A stretch of 64,000 nucleotides of DNA from Candidatus Eiseniibacteriota bacterium (GTDB taxonomy: Bacteria > Eisenbacteria > RBG-16-71-46). Below the pieces are notes generated by a model. That model did no database searches and was not told the DNA's origin. It worked only from the letters and a program-made list of their open reading frames with translations. The position numbers were made by a program, and so were the translations under genes. Shown in pieces: positions 10,794 to 20,035 of the stretch. Numbering within the stretch: position 1 is the first letter of the stretch; the number at the start of each line of letters is the position of its first letter. The stretch is taken from contig OY970178.1 of assembly GCA_963707915.1 (NCBI GenBank), positions 2,144,001 to 2,208,000 on the forward strand. The letters are read 5' to 3'.

Positions 10794-10842
10794 CTTGGAG
10801 GGAGCCCGGCGGACGGGCGGCGAATCGGGGGATCTTCGAGCG

Positions 10843-11395
10843 ATGAGTTCGGACGAGGAGCTCGCGGAAGCCTTCCGCAGCGGGGACGACGGAGCGTTCT
10901 CCACGCTGTACGAGCGCCATCGCCGGTCGCTCTTCGTCTTCGGCGCCCGCATGCTCGGGAGCGCCGAGGCGGCCGGCGACCTGGTGCAGGACACCTTCCT
11001 CGGGATCTACGAGCGGCGGCGCGAGTTGCCGGGCCTGCAGAGCTTCCGCGGCTGGCTCTTCACCGTGGGGCGGAACCGCTGCCTGACGCTGCTGCGCCAG
11101 CAGAAGACACGCGGGCGGCTGATCGACGGCGCGGCCCCCGCGCCGTTGCCGGACGGTCCGGCGACCGCGCTCGAGAACGAGGAGGAGTCGCGGCTGGTGC
11201 GCCGGGCGCTGGCGGCGATGCCGCCCGGAGCACCGGGAGGTCCTGGTCCTGCGCGAGTACCAGGAGCTTTCGTACCGCGAGATCGCGGAAATCACCGGGG
11301 CGACCGAGAGCGCGGTGAAGTCCAGGCTGTTCCGGGCCAGGCAGTCGCTCGCCGACCGGCTGAGACCCGCGTTGACCGGAGGAGACGAGTCATGA
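10843..11395 (+). CDS. ECF-type RNA polymerase sigma factor; frameshift near 11225
   Basis: Region 2: DEELAEAFRSGDDGAFSTLYERH, DLVQDTFL, FRGWLFTVGRNRCL. After the shift, region 4: HREVLVLREYQELSYREIAEITGATESAVKSRLFRAR. Stop at 11393-11395. May start at an in-frame TTG at 10795. Confidence 0.9.
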
Positions 11396-11883
11396 GCTGC
11401 GAAGCGCACCGGCAGCACCTGAGCCTGATGATGGACGCCGAGACCGAAGACGCGGTGCCGGCCGGACTCTTCGGCCACCTCGAGGGCTGCGCGGAGTGCC
11501 GGCACTTCCTCGACGCGCTGATCCGCTTCCGCGGCGCGGCGCGGCGGGACCGCGAGGAGATCCTGCGGCTGGCGGACGAGTCGCTGCCCGCGAGGTTCCC
11601 GCTGCCCGGGAGGCCGGGAGCCCGGCAGACGCCGCGGACCGGACGGACGGCCTGGTGGCGGCCGGGTCTCCCCGCGCCCGCGGCGGTCGCGCTCGCGGTC
11701 CTGCTGCTCGCGGCGGGTGTCGCCATCGGCACGGGCCTGGGGGTCCGCATCGGCCGCGCGCCGCGCGGCGCTCCCGACGCCGAGGTGGCGAAGCAGCCGC
11801 CCGGCGGAACCACCTACGTCTACGTCTGTTCGATGCCGCAGGTCGACGTCATCGGGAGCCCGATTCCGGCTTCCGGCCAGTGA
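11392..11883 (+). CDS. Zinc-binding anti-sigma factor (zf-HC2) with one TM helix
   Basis: ATGA overlap with the sigma gene; MSCE...HLEGCAECR (HxxxCxxC); hydrophobic segment AAVALAVLLLAAGVAIG. Confidence 0.85.
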   Translation: MSCEAHRQHLSLMMDAETEDAVPAGLFGHLEGCAECRHFLDALIRFRGAARRDREEILRLADESLPARFPLPGRPGARQTPRTGRTAWWRPGLPAPAAVALAVLLLAAGVAIGTGLGVRIGRAPRGAPDAEVAKQPPGGTTYVYVCSMPQVDVIGSPIPASGQ

Positions 11884-11917
11884 CCGGGTCGTGAGGATCC
11901 AACCAGGGGAGGAGAGG

Positions 11918-12355
11918 ATGCGAAACCGGAGATGGTTCGTGCTCGTGCTCTGCGCCGGAGCGTTCGCCTGCCTGCTCGCGGGCGCCGCGCGCGCCGGTGG
12001 TGCCCCGGTCGACGCCGGGCAGGCCCCGGACGCCAAGGCCGCCCCCGCCGAGGTGGAGGGGACGGATGGCATGCGGGTCGTGGACGAGCTGCCGAAGATG
12101 CTGAAGCAGGTCGCGCCCCGGTACCCGGCCGGCGCCCGCAAGCGCGGCGAGCAGGGGACCGTCCACGTCCGGGCGCTGGTGAAGAAGGACGGGATGCCGA
12201 CCCGGGTGCAGGTCCCCTCCGGGAAGGGCGTCACGCCCGAGTTGGACCGGGCGGCGATCGAGGCCGTGAGACAGTGGACGTTCGTGCCGGCGCAGAGCGA
12301 GGGCAAGCCGGTCGCCGTCTACGTCGTGATCCCCGTCAAGTTCCAGTTGAAGTAG
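11918..12355 (+). CDS. Small TonB C-terminal domain protein with signal peptide
   Basis: Purine-rich RBS; PRYPAGARKRGEQGTVHVRALV, DRAAIEAVRQWTFVPA and VIPVKFQL form a TonB_C domain. Confidence 0.85.
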   Translation: MRNRRWFVLVLCAGAFACLLAGAARAGGAPVDAGQAPDAKAAPAEVEGTDGMRVVDELPKMLKQVAPRYPAGARKRGEQGTVHVRALVKKDGMPTRVQVPSGKGVTPELDRAAIEAVRQWTFVPAQSEGKPVAVYVVIPVKFQLK

Positions 12356-12452
12356 CCCCGCCCTGCCGGGAGGGCGGAGACGCCACGACCCGGGTCGAAC
12401 GACGCGCACGGCGCGGGCCCGGCCCGGGTCGCTCCTCCAGGACCGCCGCGGG

Positions 12453-12920
12453 CTACCCGGACTGGCCGGCGAGGTAGACCTGCAGGCCCATCTGCCCGAT
12501 CTGCGCCCGCTGCACCTCGGCCCAGTCCACGTGCTCCTCCTCCATCTTGAGGATCTTGGTGAGCAGGTCCGCGGTGGCCTGGTCCTCGGCCTCGCGCGCG
12601 ACACGGATCGCGGCGTTGTAGGCGCGCACCGCGTTCAACTCGGCCTCCTCGTCGTTCGCGACCATCTGCGGGACGTCCTTGCCGATCTTCATGGCGTTGA
12701 GCTTGGAGACGACCGGGACGCCGTCGAAGAACAGGATGCGCGCGATGAGCCACTCGGCGTGCTTCATCTCATCCACGGCCTGCTTCTCGATGGCCTTGTG
12801 AAGCTTCTCGTAGCCCCAGCTGTCGCACATCTCGGAGTGCACCATGTACTGGCTGATGGCGGTCAACTCCTCGGCCAGCAGCTCGTTGAGGACGGACAGC
12901 ACCTTGTCGTTGCCCTTCAT
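12453..12920 (-). CDS. bfr: Bacterioferritin
   Basis: MKGNDKVLSVLNELLAEELTAISQYMVH, DEMKHAEWLIARILF, EEEHVDW (ferroxidase centre and heme Met). Confidence 0.95.
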   Translation of the reverse strand: MKGNDKVLSVLNELLAEELTAISQYMVHSEMCDSWGYEKLHKAIEKQAVDEMKHAEWLIARILFFDGVPVVSKLNAMKIGKDVPQMVANDEEAELNAVRAYNAAIRVAREAEDQATADLLTKILKMEEEHVDWAEVQRAQIGQMGLQVYLAGQSG

Positions 12921-13003
12921 CGTTCATTCCCTCCTGGCAATGGGAGCGGATCCCGCCCGGTACGGTGCCCGTCCGTGCCCCCGCCGTCAAGACGGCCGGG
13001 CAC

Positions 13004-13585
13004 CTACGACTGCAGGAACGGAGCGCCCAGGGGCAGCACGGCCCGCCCGAACGTGCCGTTGGTCACCTCCGCGATGGCGACATACATCGCGTTGAGACCA
13101 CAGGCCAGCCCGATCCAGCCGCCGAGCCGGCCGCTGCCCAAGCCGAGGTCCCCGCCCGCGAGCAGGAAGAAGGTGATCCAGAGCAGCAGGAACACGCTCC
13201 ACACCGCGCGGTTCGAACGGAACGTGGAGATCCACAGGCCGAAGGTGAAGACGCCCCACATCAGCAGCGTCACCCCCAGGCCGGCGGCGGACGGCGCGGC
13301 GATCAGGCCCGCGCCGACGGTCCACTGCAACAGCGCCCACCACCACCAGAACAGTCCGTAGGACGTGAACGCCACCGCGCCGAAGGTGTTCCCGTTGCGG
13401 TATTCCATCGCGCCGGTCAGGATCTGCGCCACCCCCCCGAACGCGAACGCGAGCGGCACGACCGCCGGCAGGGCGTCCTTCGGCAGCAACCCCGCGTTGA
13501 TCGAACTCAGCACGACCGTCGTCAGCCCGAACCCGGCCAGCCCCAGCGGCGCGGGGTTCGCGACTCTCACCTGTGCGTCTGCCAT
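13004..13585 (-). CDS. satP: Acetate/succinate channel, SatP/YaaH (GPR1/FUN34) family
   Basis: ANPAPLGLAGFGLTT, FGGVAQ, GNTFGAVAFTSYGLFW; six hydrophobic helices. Confidence 0.92.
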   Translation of the reverse strand: MADAQVRVANPAPLGLAGFGLTTVVLSSINAGLLPKDALPAVVPLAFAFGGVAQILTGAMEYRNGNTFGAVAFTSYGLFWWWWALLQWTVGAGLIAAPSAAGLGVTLLMWGVFTFGLWISTFRSNRAVWSVFLLLWITFFLLAGGDLGLGSGRLGGWIGLACGLNAMYVAIAEVTNGTFGRAVLPLGAPFLQS

Positions 13586-13745
13586 TTCGCGGCCTCCCGT
13601 GGATCCACCTCTCCTCGACTCCGGCGCCGGGTCGGCGCCGGCTCACCGCTGTTCCGCACCTCCGCGGTGCGCCGCGTCCCCGCCGGGCAGAAACCGGGGG
13701 CGGAGCCGGAGCCCCGCCCCCTGGCCACGCCGGCGTCACGCGCCT

Positions 13746-14249
13746 TCAGCGTGCCGGGCGCTCCATCAGCAGCCGGCGCGCGTACGGGATCAGGCCGCCC
13801 GCGTCGATGATGGCCTGCCGCGCCTGCGGCAGGGGCTCGATCGCGAACGACTTGCCCGAGGTGCGATTCCAGACCTTGCCATCCTTGATCTCGAGCTCGT
13901 CGCCCTCCGCCGCCTCGATGGCCGGGCAGATCACCATGGCGAGCCCGACGTTGATCGAGTTCTGCAGGAAGATGCGCGCGAAGTTCCGCGCGACGACCGT
14001 GATCTCGTAGCCCTTGATGCACGACGCGGCCTGCTCGCGCGACGAGCCGCAGCCGAAGTTGCCCCCCGCCACGATGAACGAGCCGGGCGGGACCTCCTTC
14101 GCCTTCAGCCGGCGGTTGAACTCCGCGTCGTCCACGAAGGCGAACTGCGGCGTCTCGGTCGGCAGCACCGTCGCCATGAAGCGGCCCGGGTAGATGATGT
14201 CGGTCGAGACGTCGTCGCCGAGCTTGCGCACGACCTTGCCGGTGGCCAT
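13746..14249 (-). CDS. Isopropylmalate/homoaconitate dehydratase family small subunit (LeuD/HacB-like)
   Basis: GDDVSTDIIYPG, AGGNFGCGSSREQA and FARIFLQNSINVGL. Confidence 0.92.
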   Translation of the reverse strand: MATGKVVRKLGDDVSTDIIYPGRFMATVLPTETPQFAFVDDAEFNRRLKAKEVPPGSFIVAGGNFGCGSSREQAASCIKGYEITVVARNFARIFLQNSINVGLAMVICPAIEAAEGDELEIKDGKVWNRTSGKSFAIEPLPQARQAIIDAGGLIPYARRLLMERPAR

Positions 14250-14250
14250 C

Positions 14251-15545
14251 TCAGTCCACTCCTCTCGGGTCGGAGATCACGCCGGTGATCGCGCTGGCCG
14301 CGGCGACCGCGGTCGAGCACAGGTAGACCTCGGCATTCGGGTTGCCCATCCGTCCCTTGAAATTGCGGTTGGTGGTGGCGAGCGCCATCTCGCCGTCGCC
14401 CAGCGCCCCCTGGTGCACGCCCAGGCACGGGCCGCAGCCCGGGTTGCACACCACCGCGCCGGCCGTGACGAGGTCGCGCAGGTAGCCCAGGCGCAGCGCC
14501 TCGGAGTAGATGCGCCACGAGGCCGGGAACACCAGCATGCGCGTGCTGTCCGCCACGCGCTTGCCCTTGAGGATCCTCGCCGCCACCTCGAGGTCGTCGA
14601 GCCGGCCGTTGGTGCACGAGCCGACCACGATCTGCTGCACCTTCTTGCCCTCCACCTCGTCGATCGGCTTGACGTTGTCCACCGTGTGCGGGCAGGCGAT
14701 CTGCGGCCCCAGCGCCGCCGCGTCGATCTCGACCACCCGCTCGTAGACCGCGTCCGCGTCCGGCCCGAACAGGTCGAGCGGCGTCCTTCACGCCGGCCTC
14801 CTCGCGCAGGTAGCGCTCGGTCTCGTCGTCGGGCGGCACGACGCCCGCGGTGGCGCCGGCCTCGACCGTCATGTTGCACAGCACCAGCCGGCCCGAGGTC
14901 GACATGGTCGCTGATGGTCTCGCCGTGGAACTCGATCGACCTTGTAGTTCGCGCCCTCGGCCGTGAGCTTGCCGATGAGGTGGAGGATCAGGTCCTTCGG
15001 GTAGACGCCCGGGGCGAAGCGGCCGTTCACCACGACCTTGATGGTGCCCGGCACCTCGACGTTGAGGATGCTGCCCAGCGCCCAGACCGCCGCCATCTCG
15101 GTGGCGCCGATGCCGAAGGCGAAGGCGCCCAGCGCGCCGTGGGTGGTCGTGTGGCTGTCGGTGCCCACCACCACGTGAGCCCGGCCGCACGTAGCCGTTC
15201 TCGGGCAGGATCTGGTGGCAGATGCCGCCCACGTCGCCGCGGATGTCGTGGAACTTGGTGATGCCCTGCTTCGCGACGAACTCGCGGATCTTCTTCTGGT
15301 TGGTCGCCGTCTTCGAGCGACTCCGCCGGCACGCGGTGGTCGAAGATGATGGCGATGCGCGAGGGGTCCCAGACCTTCGGCTCGCGGCCGGTGCCCTGGA
15401 AGATCTCGTGGAATTGGTTGATGACGAGCGCGCCGTTCTCGTGCGACATCGCCAGGTGGACCGGCGGCTCGAGGACGTCGCCGACCGCCACCGCGGGCTT
15501 GCCGCAGGCGCGGGCCAGCAGTTTCTGCACGTAGGTCATGCCCAT
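14251..15545 (-). CDS. Isopropylmalate/homoaconitate dehydratase family large subunit (LeuC/HacA-like); about 5 frameshifts
   Basis: Across frames: MGMTYVQKLLA, IFDHRVPA, GGICHQ, GTDSHTTTHGALG, LCNMTVEAGA, GSCTNGR, PGCGPCLG and TTNRNFKGRMG. Confidence 0.9.
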
Positions 15546-15574
15546 CGTGTTCCCTTCCTCCCTCAGCGGCCGTG

Positions 15575-16776
15575 TCAGACGATGCCCTTCGACTTGAGCG
15601 CTGCCAGCTCCTCCGGCGTCACCCCGACGCCCGCCAGCACCTCCGCGGTGTGCGCGGAGAGGCGCGGCGGCGCCGACGTGATGTCACCCGGGGTCTTCTC
15701 GAACTTCGCGGTCAGCCCGAAGAGCGGCAACGTGCCGAGCCCCTCCACGGGCACCTCCTTGCAGCGTGCCGCGGTGCCTGATCTGCGGCTGCCGCAGCGC
15801 CTCCTCGAGGCTCAGGATCTCCCCGCTCGGGACGTCCTTCGCGTTGAGCAGCTCCACCCACTCCTTCGTGGGGCGTTCGGCGAGCTTCACCTCGAGCAGC
15901 GGGGTCAGCGCCTTGCGGTTCTTCTTGCGGATGTCGCGCTTCTGGAAGCGCGGGTCGGTCTTGAGCTCGGGCACGCCGAGCACGTCGCAGACCGCCTCCC
16001 ACTGCTCCTGCTTGTTCGCGGCGATGTTGATGTAGCCGTCCTGGGTGCGGAACGTGCCCGACGGCGCCGCGGTGAAGTTGTCGTTGCCCATGAGCACCGG
16101 CTGCTGCTTGCCGATCAGCAGGTTCGCCGCGACCCAGCCCATCAGCGGCATGATGGAGTCGAGCATCGCGACGTCGATGAACTGCCCCTCGCCCGTGCGC
16201 TCGCGGTGGTAGAGCGCGGCCATGACGGCGAAGGCCGCGTTGAGCCCGCCCACCGTGTCGCACACCGGGAAGCCGGCGCGCAGCGGGTTCAGGCGCTCGT
16301 CGCCGTTCACCGCCATCTCGCCGCTCAGGCCCTGGATGATCTGGTCGTAGGCCGGCTTGAACGCGTCCGGCCCGGTCTGCGCCGAAGCCGGAGATGGCGC
16401 AGTAGACCAGCCGCGGGTTGATCTGCCTGAGCACGTCGTAGCCGAGCCCGAGGCGGCCCATCACGTCGGGCCGGAAGTTCTCCACCAGCACGTCGGCGTC
16501 CTGCACCAGCTTCTTGAAGATCTCCTTGCCCTCGGGCGTCTTGGTGTTGAGCGTCACCGACTTCTTGTTGGCGTTCTGGGCCAGGAAGCTGGTGCCCATC
16601 AGCTGCTCGTTCAGCTCGGGCACGATGCCGAGCTTGCGCGCCAGGTCGCCGTCCTTCGGGTTCTCGATCTTGATGACCTCGGCGCCGAGCAGCGCCAGGT
16701 GCAGCGTGGCGAACGGCCCCGCCAGCACGTTGGTGAGGTCGAGCACCCGCATGCCCGAGAGGATGGATCGGCTCAT
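15575..16776 (-). CDS. Family III (CaiB/BaiF) CoA-transferase; frameshifts near 16375, 15760 and 15650
   Basis: RVLDLTNVLAGPFAT, NANKKSVTLN, DVLVENFRP, KPAYDQIIQG (active-site Asp) and GEGQFIDVAM. Ends ...HTAEVLAGVGVTPEELAALKSKGIV*. Confidence 0.9.
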
Positions 16777-17689
16777 GATGGCTCCTTCGTCGCGATCGGC
16801 CCCGTCCGGTAGACGTAGCCCTGCATGTCACGTCCGAAATGCGCCGCCACGTCCCGCGCGACCGCGACCAGGCGGTCGAGGCCCACGTCGGTGCGCAGGC
16901 CCTGGCGCTGCAGGGCGTGCACGAAGTCCTCCGTGGCCACGTTGCCGGCCGCCACCTTCGTGAAGGGGCAGCCGCCGAGGCCGGCGAACGGAGGTCTCGA
17001 ACGACGTCACGCCCGCGCGCATGGCGGCGTAGATGTTGGCCATGCCCAGGCCGTAGGTGTTGTGGAAATGACAGGCGCACTCGACCGCGGGGTCGAGCTT
17101 CGAAGACCGCGCCGAACAGCCGCTCGACCTGCGCCGGGTCGGCGTGCCCGGCGGTGTCGGCCAGGCTGATGCTGCGCAGCCCCGCCTCCAGGTAGGCGCG
17201 CACCATGCCGAGCACGCGCTCCTCGGGGACCGGGCCCTCGAAGCCGCAGCCGAAGGCCGACTGCACCGAGACCTGCACCTTCTTCCCCGCCGCCACCGCC
17301 TGCTTCGCCGCGCCGACGATGCGCTGCGTGGCCTCCTCGGTGCCCATGCCGGTGTTCTTGCGGCTGTGGGTCTCGCTCGCCGAGACGCCCATGCAGAACA
17401 TCTCGACGCCGCAGGCCAGCCCGCGCTCGAGCCCCTTCTCGTTCAGCACCAGGCCCGAGAGCGCGGTCGCCGACGTCTTGCCCGCCGTGAGTCGGCGGAA
17501 CAGCTCGTCGGTGTCGGCCATCTGCGGGACCTTCTCCGGGTGGACGAACGAGCCCACCTGGACGATGTCCACGCCGGCCGTCCATCGCGCCGCGGATCCA
17601 GCGCTTCCTTCTGTCTCGAGCGGGACGACCTGCTTCTCCATCTGCAGCCCGTCCCGCGGGCCGACTTCGTGGATGACGATGCGCGTCAT
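16773..17689 (-). CDS. HMG-CoA lyase family (DRE-TIM) acyl-CoA lyase; about 3 frameshifts
   Basis: MTRIVIHEVGPRDGLQ, VPQMADT, SASETHSRKN, AFGCGFEG, SLADTAG, HFHNTYG, GLGGCPF and GNVATED. Confidence 0.9.
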
Positions 17690-17706
17690 GGTCTCCTCGG
17701 CCGCCC

Positions 17707-18831
17707 CTACAGCTTCGCCGCGATGGCCTGCGCCATCTCCAGGGTCTTCGCCGTGCCGCCCATGTCGTAGGTGCGGACCTTGCCCTCGCGCGACCACCTC
17801 GGCCACCGCCTTCTCGATCCGCGCGCCGGCCTCGGCCAGTCGCCGAGCCAGTCGAGCATCATCTTGGCGGCGAGGATCGTGGCGATCGGGTTGACCTTGT
17901 ACTGCCCGGCGTACTTGGGCGCCGAGCCGTGCGTGGGCTCGAAGACCGCGAGCTTCTCGCCGATGTTGCCCGAGCAGCCGAAGCCCAGCCCGCCGACCAT
18001 CTGGGCGCACAGGTCGGAGATGATGTCGCCGTAGAGGTTCGGCGCCACCAGCACGTCGTAGTTGAACGGGTTCTTGAGCAGCCACATCGTCATGGCGTCG
18101 ATGTTGGCGTCGTCCATGGCGATGCCGGGGAAGTCCTTCGCCACCGCCTTCGCCGTCTCGAGGAACAGCCCGTCGGTGGCGCGCACCACGTTCGCCTTGT
18201 GGACCACCGTGACCTTCTTGCGGCCGAACTTCTGCGCGAACTCGAACGCCGCGCGGACGATGCGCTCCGAGCCCTTGCGCGTGTTGATCTTGCAGGAGAT
18301 CGCGTACTGGTCGCCCGGCAGGTCCTTGAACGCCTTGAACGGCGGCGACAGCTCGGCGAGCGTGTCGCGCAGCTTGTCCGGCACGGTGTTGAACTCGACG
18401 CCGGCGTAGAGGTCCTCGGTGTTCTCGCGGAACACGACGAGGTCGATGCCCTCCTTGAAGTTGAGCGGGTTCTGCGGGTACGCCTTGCAGGGGCGCAGGC
18501 AGATGTAGAGATCGAAGAGCTGCCGCATGCGCACGATCGGCGAGCGGTAGACCAGGCCCTTGCCCTGCAGCTCGGGGACCAGCTCCTTCTCGGCCGCCTT
18601 CACCGGCTTCGAGGTGATGGCGCCGAACATCGCGGCGTCCACGCTCTTCAGCAGTTCGATGGTGCGCTGCGGGAAGGCGTCGCCCTCCTTGCACCAGAAC
18701 TCCCAGCCGATGTCGCCGTGGATGTACTCGGCGTCGAGCCCGACCTTGTCGAGCACGAGCTTCGCCGCTTCCATCACTTCGATGCCGACGCCGTCGCCGG
18801 GCAACCACGCGATCTTGAACTTCCTGGCCAC
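17707..18831 (-). CDS. Isocitrate/isopropylmalate/homoisocitrate dehydrogenase family; compensating frameshifts near the C-terminus
   Basis: GTG start after a GAGGAGG RBS; LPGDGVGIEV, YRSPIVRMRQ, RENTEDLY, VHKANV, NLYGDIISD and FEPTHGSAP. Confidence 0.92.
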   Translation of the reverse strand: MARKFKIAWLPGDGVGIEVMEAAKLVLDKVGLDAEYIHGDIGWEFWCKEGDAFPQRTIELLKSVDAAMFGAITSKPVKAAEKELVPELQGKGLVYRSPIVRMRQLFDLYICLRPCKAYPQNPLNFKEGIDLVVFRENTEDLYAGVEFNTVPDKLRDTLAELSPPFKAFKDLPGDQYAISCKINTRKGSERIVRAAFEFAQKFGRKKVTVVHKANVVRATDGLFLETAKAVAKDFPGIAMDDANIDAMTMWLLKNPFNYDVLVAPNLYGDIISDLCAQMVGGLGFGCSGNIGEKLAVFEPTHGSAPKYAGQYKVNPIATILAAKMMLDWLGDWPRPARGSRRRWPRWSREGKVRTYDMGGTAKTLEMAQAIAAKL

Positions 18832-19092
18832 GGGGTGACCTCCTCGTTGGGCTCTGCGCTGCCGTTCCGGACACATCCACGGGTGCTGCGGGCCGGGCGG
18901 GACCTGGACGCCCCGCCCGCAATCGAGTGCGGGGGACTCTAAGGCCTCGGACGACCGGTGGACAATGCGCCGAGCGGGCCAGGAGGCCGTATTTCATTCG
19001 GTCCAAGCGGGCCCGGCACGGGGGCGCCGCGGGGGAGCCACAAGCCCGGCAAGGACCTGCGGGAGCGGGCCCGCACCGCGCCGGCAGCCCGG

Positions 19093-19560
19093 CTACCGGT
19101 CCCCGCCGATCTTCCGGCTCCGGTACGACTCGTAGTCGGGCACGAGCCGCTCGTAGTCGCCGTCCATCAGCGGGGAGGAGACCATGAAGTCGGCGGTCGC
19201 CCGGTTGCAGGCGGTCGGGATGTTCCACACCACCGCCATCCGCAGGAGCGCCTTGACGTCCGGATCGTGGGGCTGCGGTTCGAGCGGGTCCCAGAAGAAG
19301 ACCAGGAAGTCGACCTCGTTGTCGGCGATCTTGGCGCCGATCTGCTGGTCGCCTCCCAGCGGCCCGCTGTGGAGGACGTTCACCTCGAGGCCCACTTCCC
19401 GGGCCAGCAGCTCGCCGGTGGTCCCCGTCGCGTAGATCCTGTGGTGCGCCAGCAGCACGCGGTTGTACTTCGCCCAATCGAGCAGGTCGCGCTTCATGTT
19501 GTCGTGCGCGACCAGGGCGATCCGCTTGTCGTTCTCCATCGCGATCTTGCGGTGCTTCAC
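19093..19560 (-). CDS. mgsA: Methylglyoxal synthase
   Basis: IALVAHDNMK, ATGTTG, SGPLGGDQQIGA, PHDPDVKALLR and PTACNRATADF. Confidence 0.96.
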   Translation of the reverse strand: MKHRKIAMENDKRIALVAHDNMKRDLLDWAKYNRVLLAHHRIYATGTTGELLAREVGLEVNVLHSGPLGGDQQIGAKIADNEVDFLVFFWDPLEPQPHDPDVKALLRMAVVWNIPTACNRATADFMVSSPLMDGDYERLVPDYESYRSRKIGGDR

Positions 19561-19600
19561 GAGTCCTCCTCCTCTTCCGTGCGACGGTGATCGGTCCTGG

Positions 19601-19987
19601 TCAGGCGAGGTCCGCTCCGTGCTCCAGCAACAGCGCCCTCAGCACCGAGCGGTGGCAGCGCGCCTCTTCCGCACAGTAGCAGCCCACGGAGAGGTCGGTC
19701 CGGTGCGAGAGCGCCGCCAGGAGCGCGAGCAGGCGCGCGGCCTCGGGTCGCTTCATCTCGGCGCGGTAGCGCGTCACGAAGCGGCGCCACGCCCGCTCGT
19801 CGGCCGCGTGCAGCCCCTCCTTGACCAGGCCTTCCGAGGGCGCGAGGTCCGGGAGCCACGCGTCGTAGAAGTCGCGCGACGCATGCTCGGTCCGGGGCAC
19901 ACCGCGCGGCGGACGACGCACGGTGCCCACGCGCAGGCCTTCGCCGCGTGTCCTCGGGCTTCCCAGCCGAACGATACGGATCGACAT
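19601..19987 (-). CDS. DUF488 family protein
   Basis: GLRVGTVRRPPRGV, DAWLPDLAPS, RYRAEM and CYCAEEARCHRSVL. Confidence 0.8.
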   Translation of the reverse strand: MSIRIVRLGSPRTRGEGLRVGTVRRPPRGVPRTEHASRDFYDAWLPDLAPSEGLVKEGLHAADERAWRRFVTRYRAEMKRPEAARLLALLAALSHRTDLSVGCYCAEEARCHRSVLRALLLEHGADLA

Positions 19988-20035
19988 TCGAACCACCTCC
20001 CTCCTCGCCGCACCCGCGGCGGCGGTCCCCGAGGA

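Noticed and set aside
10744..11883. Apparent sigma/anti-sigma fusion protein
   Set aside because: Caused by a 1-nt indel near 11225; sigma region 4 is in another frame and ends with an ATGA overlap at 11392-11395.
13696..13721. GC hairpin between leuD-like and satP as an intrinsic terminator
   Set aside because: No convincing U-tract directly after the stem, and such hairpins are common at this GC content.
4250..17900. Programmed frameshifting or phase variation
   Set aside because: The indels are scattered, lack slippery heptamers or long SSRs, and hit ordinary enzymes several times each.
13746..18831. Ordinary leucine biosynthesis operon (leuBCD)
   Set aside because: No leuA or ilv genes, archaeal-type short LeuC/LeuD, a non-LeuB specificity loop and interleaved lyase and CoA-transferase genes; leu symbols were therefore withheld.
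16325..19477. 1050-aa ORF containing HMG-CoA lyase sequence
   Set aside because: A chimera of off-frame sequence and frameshifted genuine segments.
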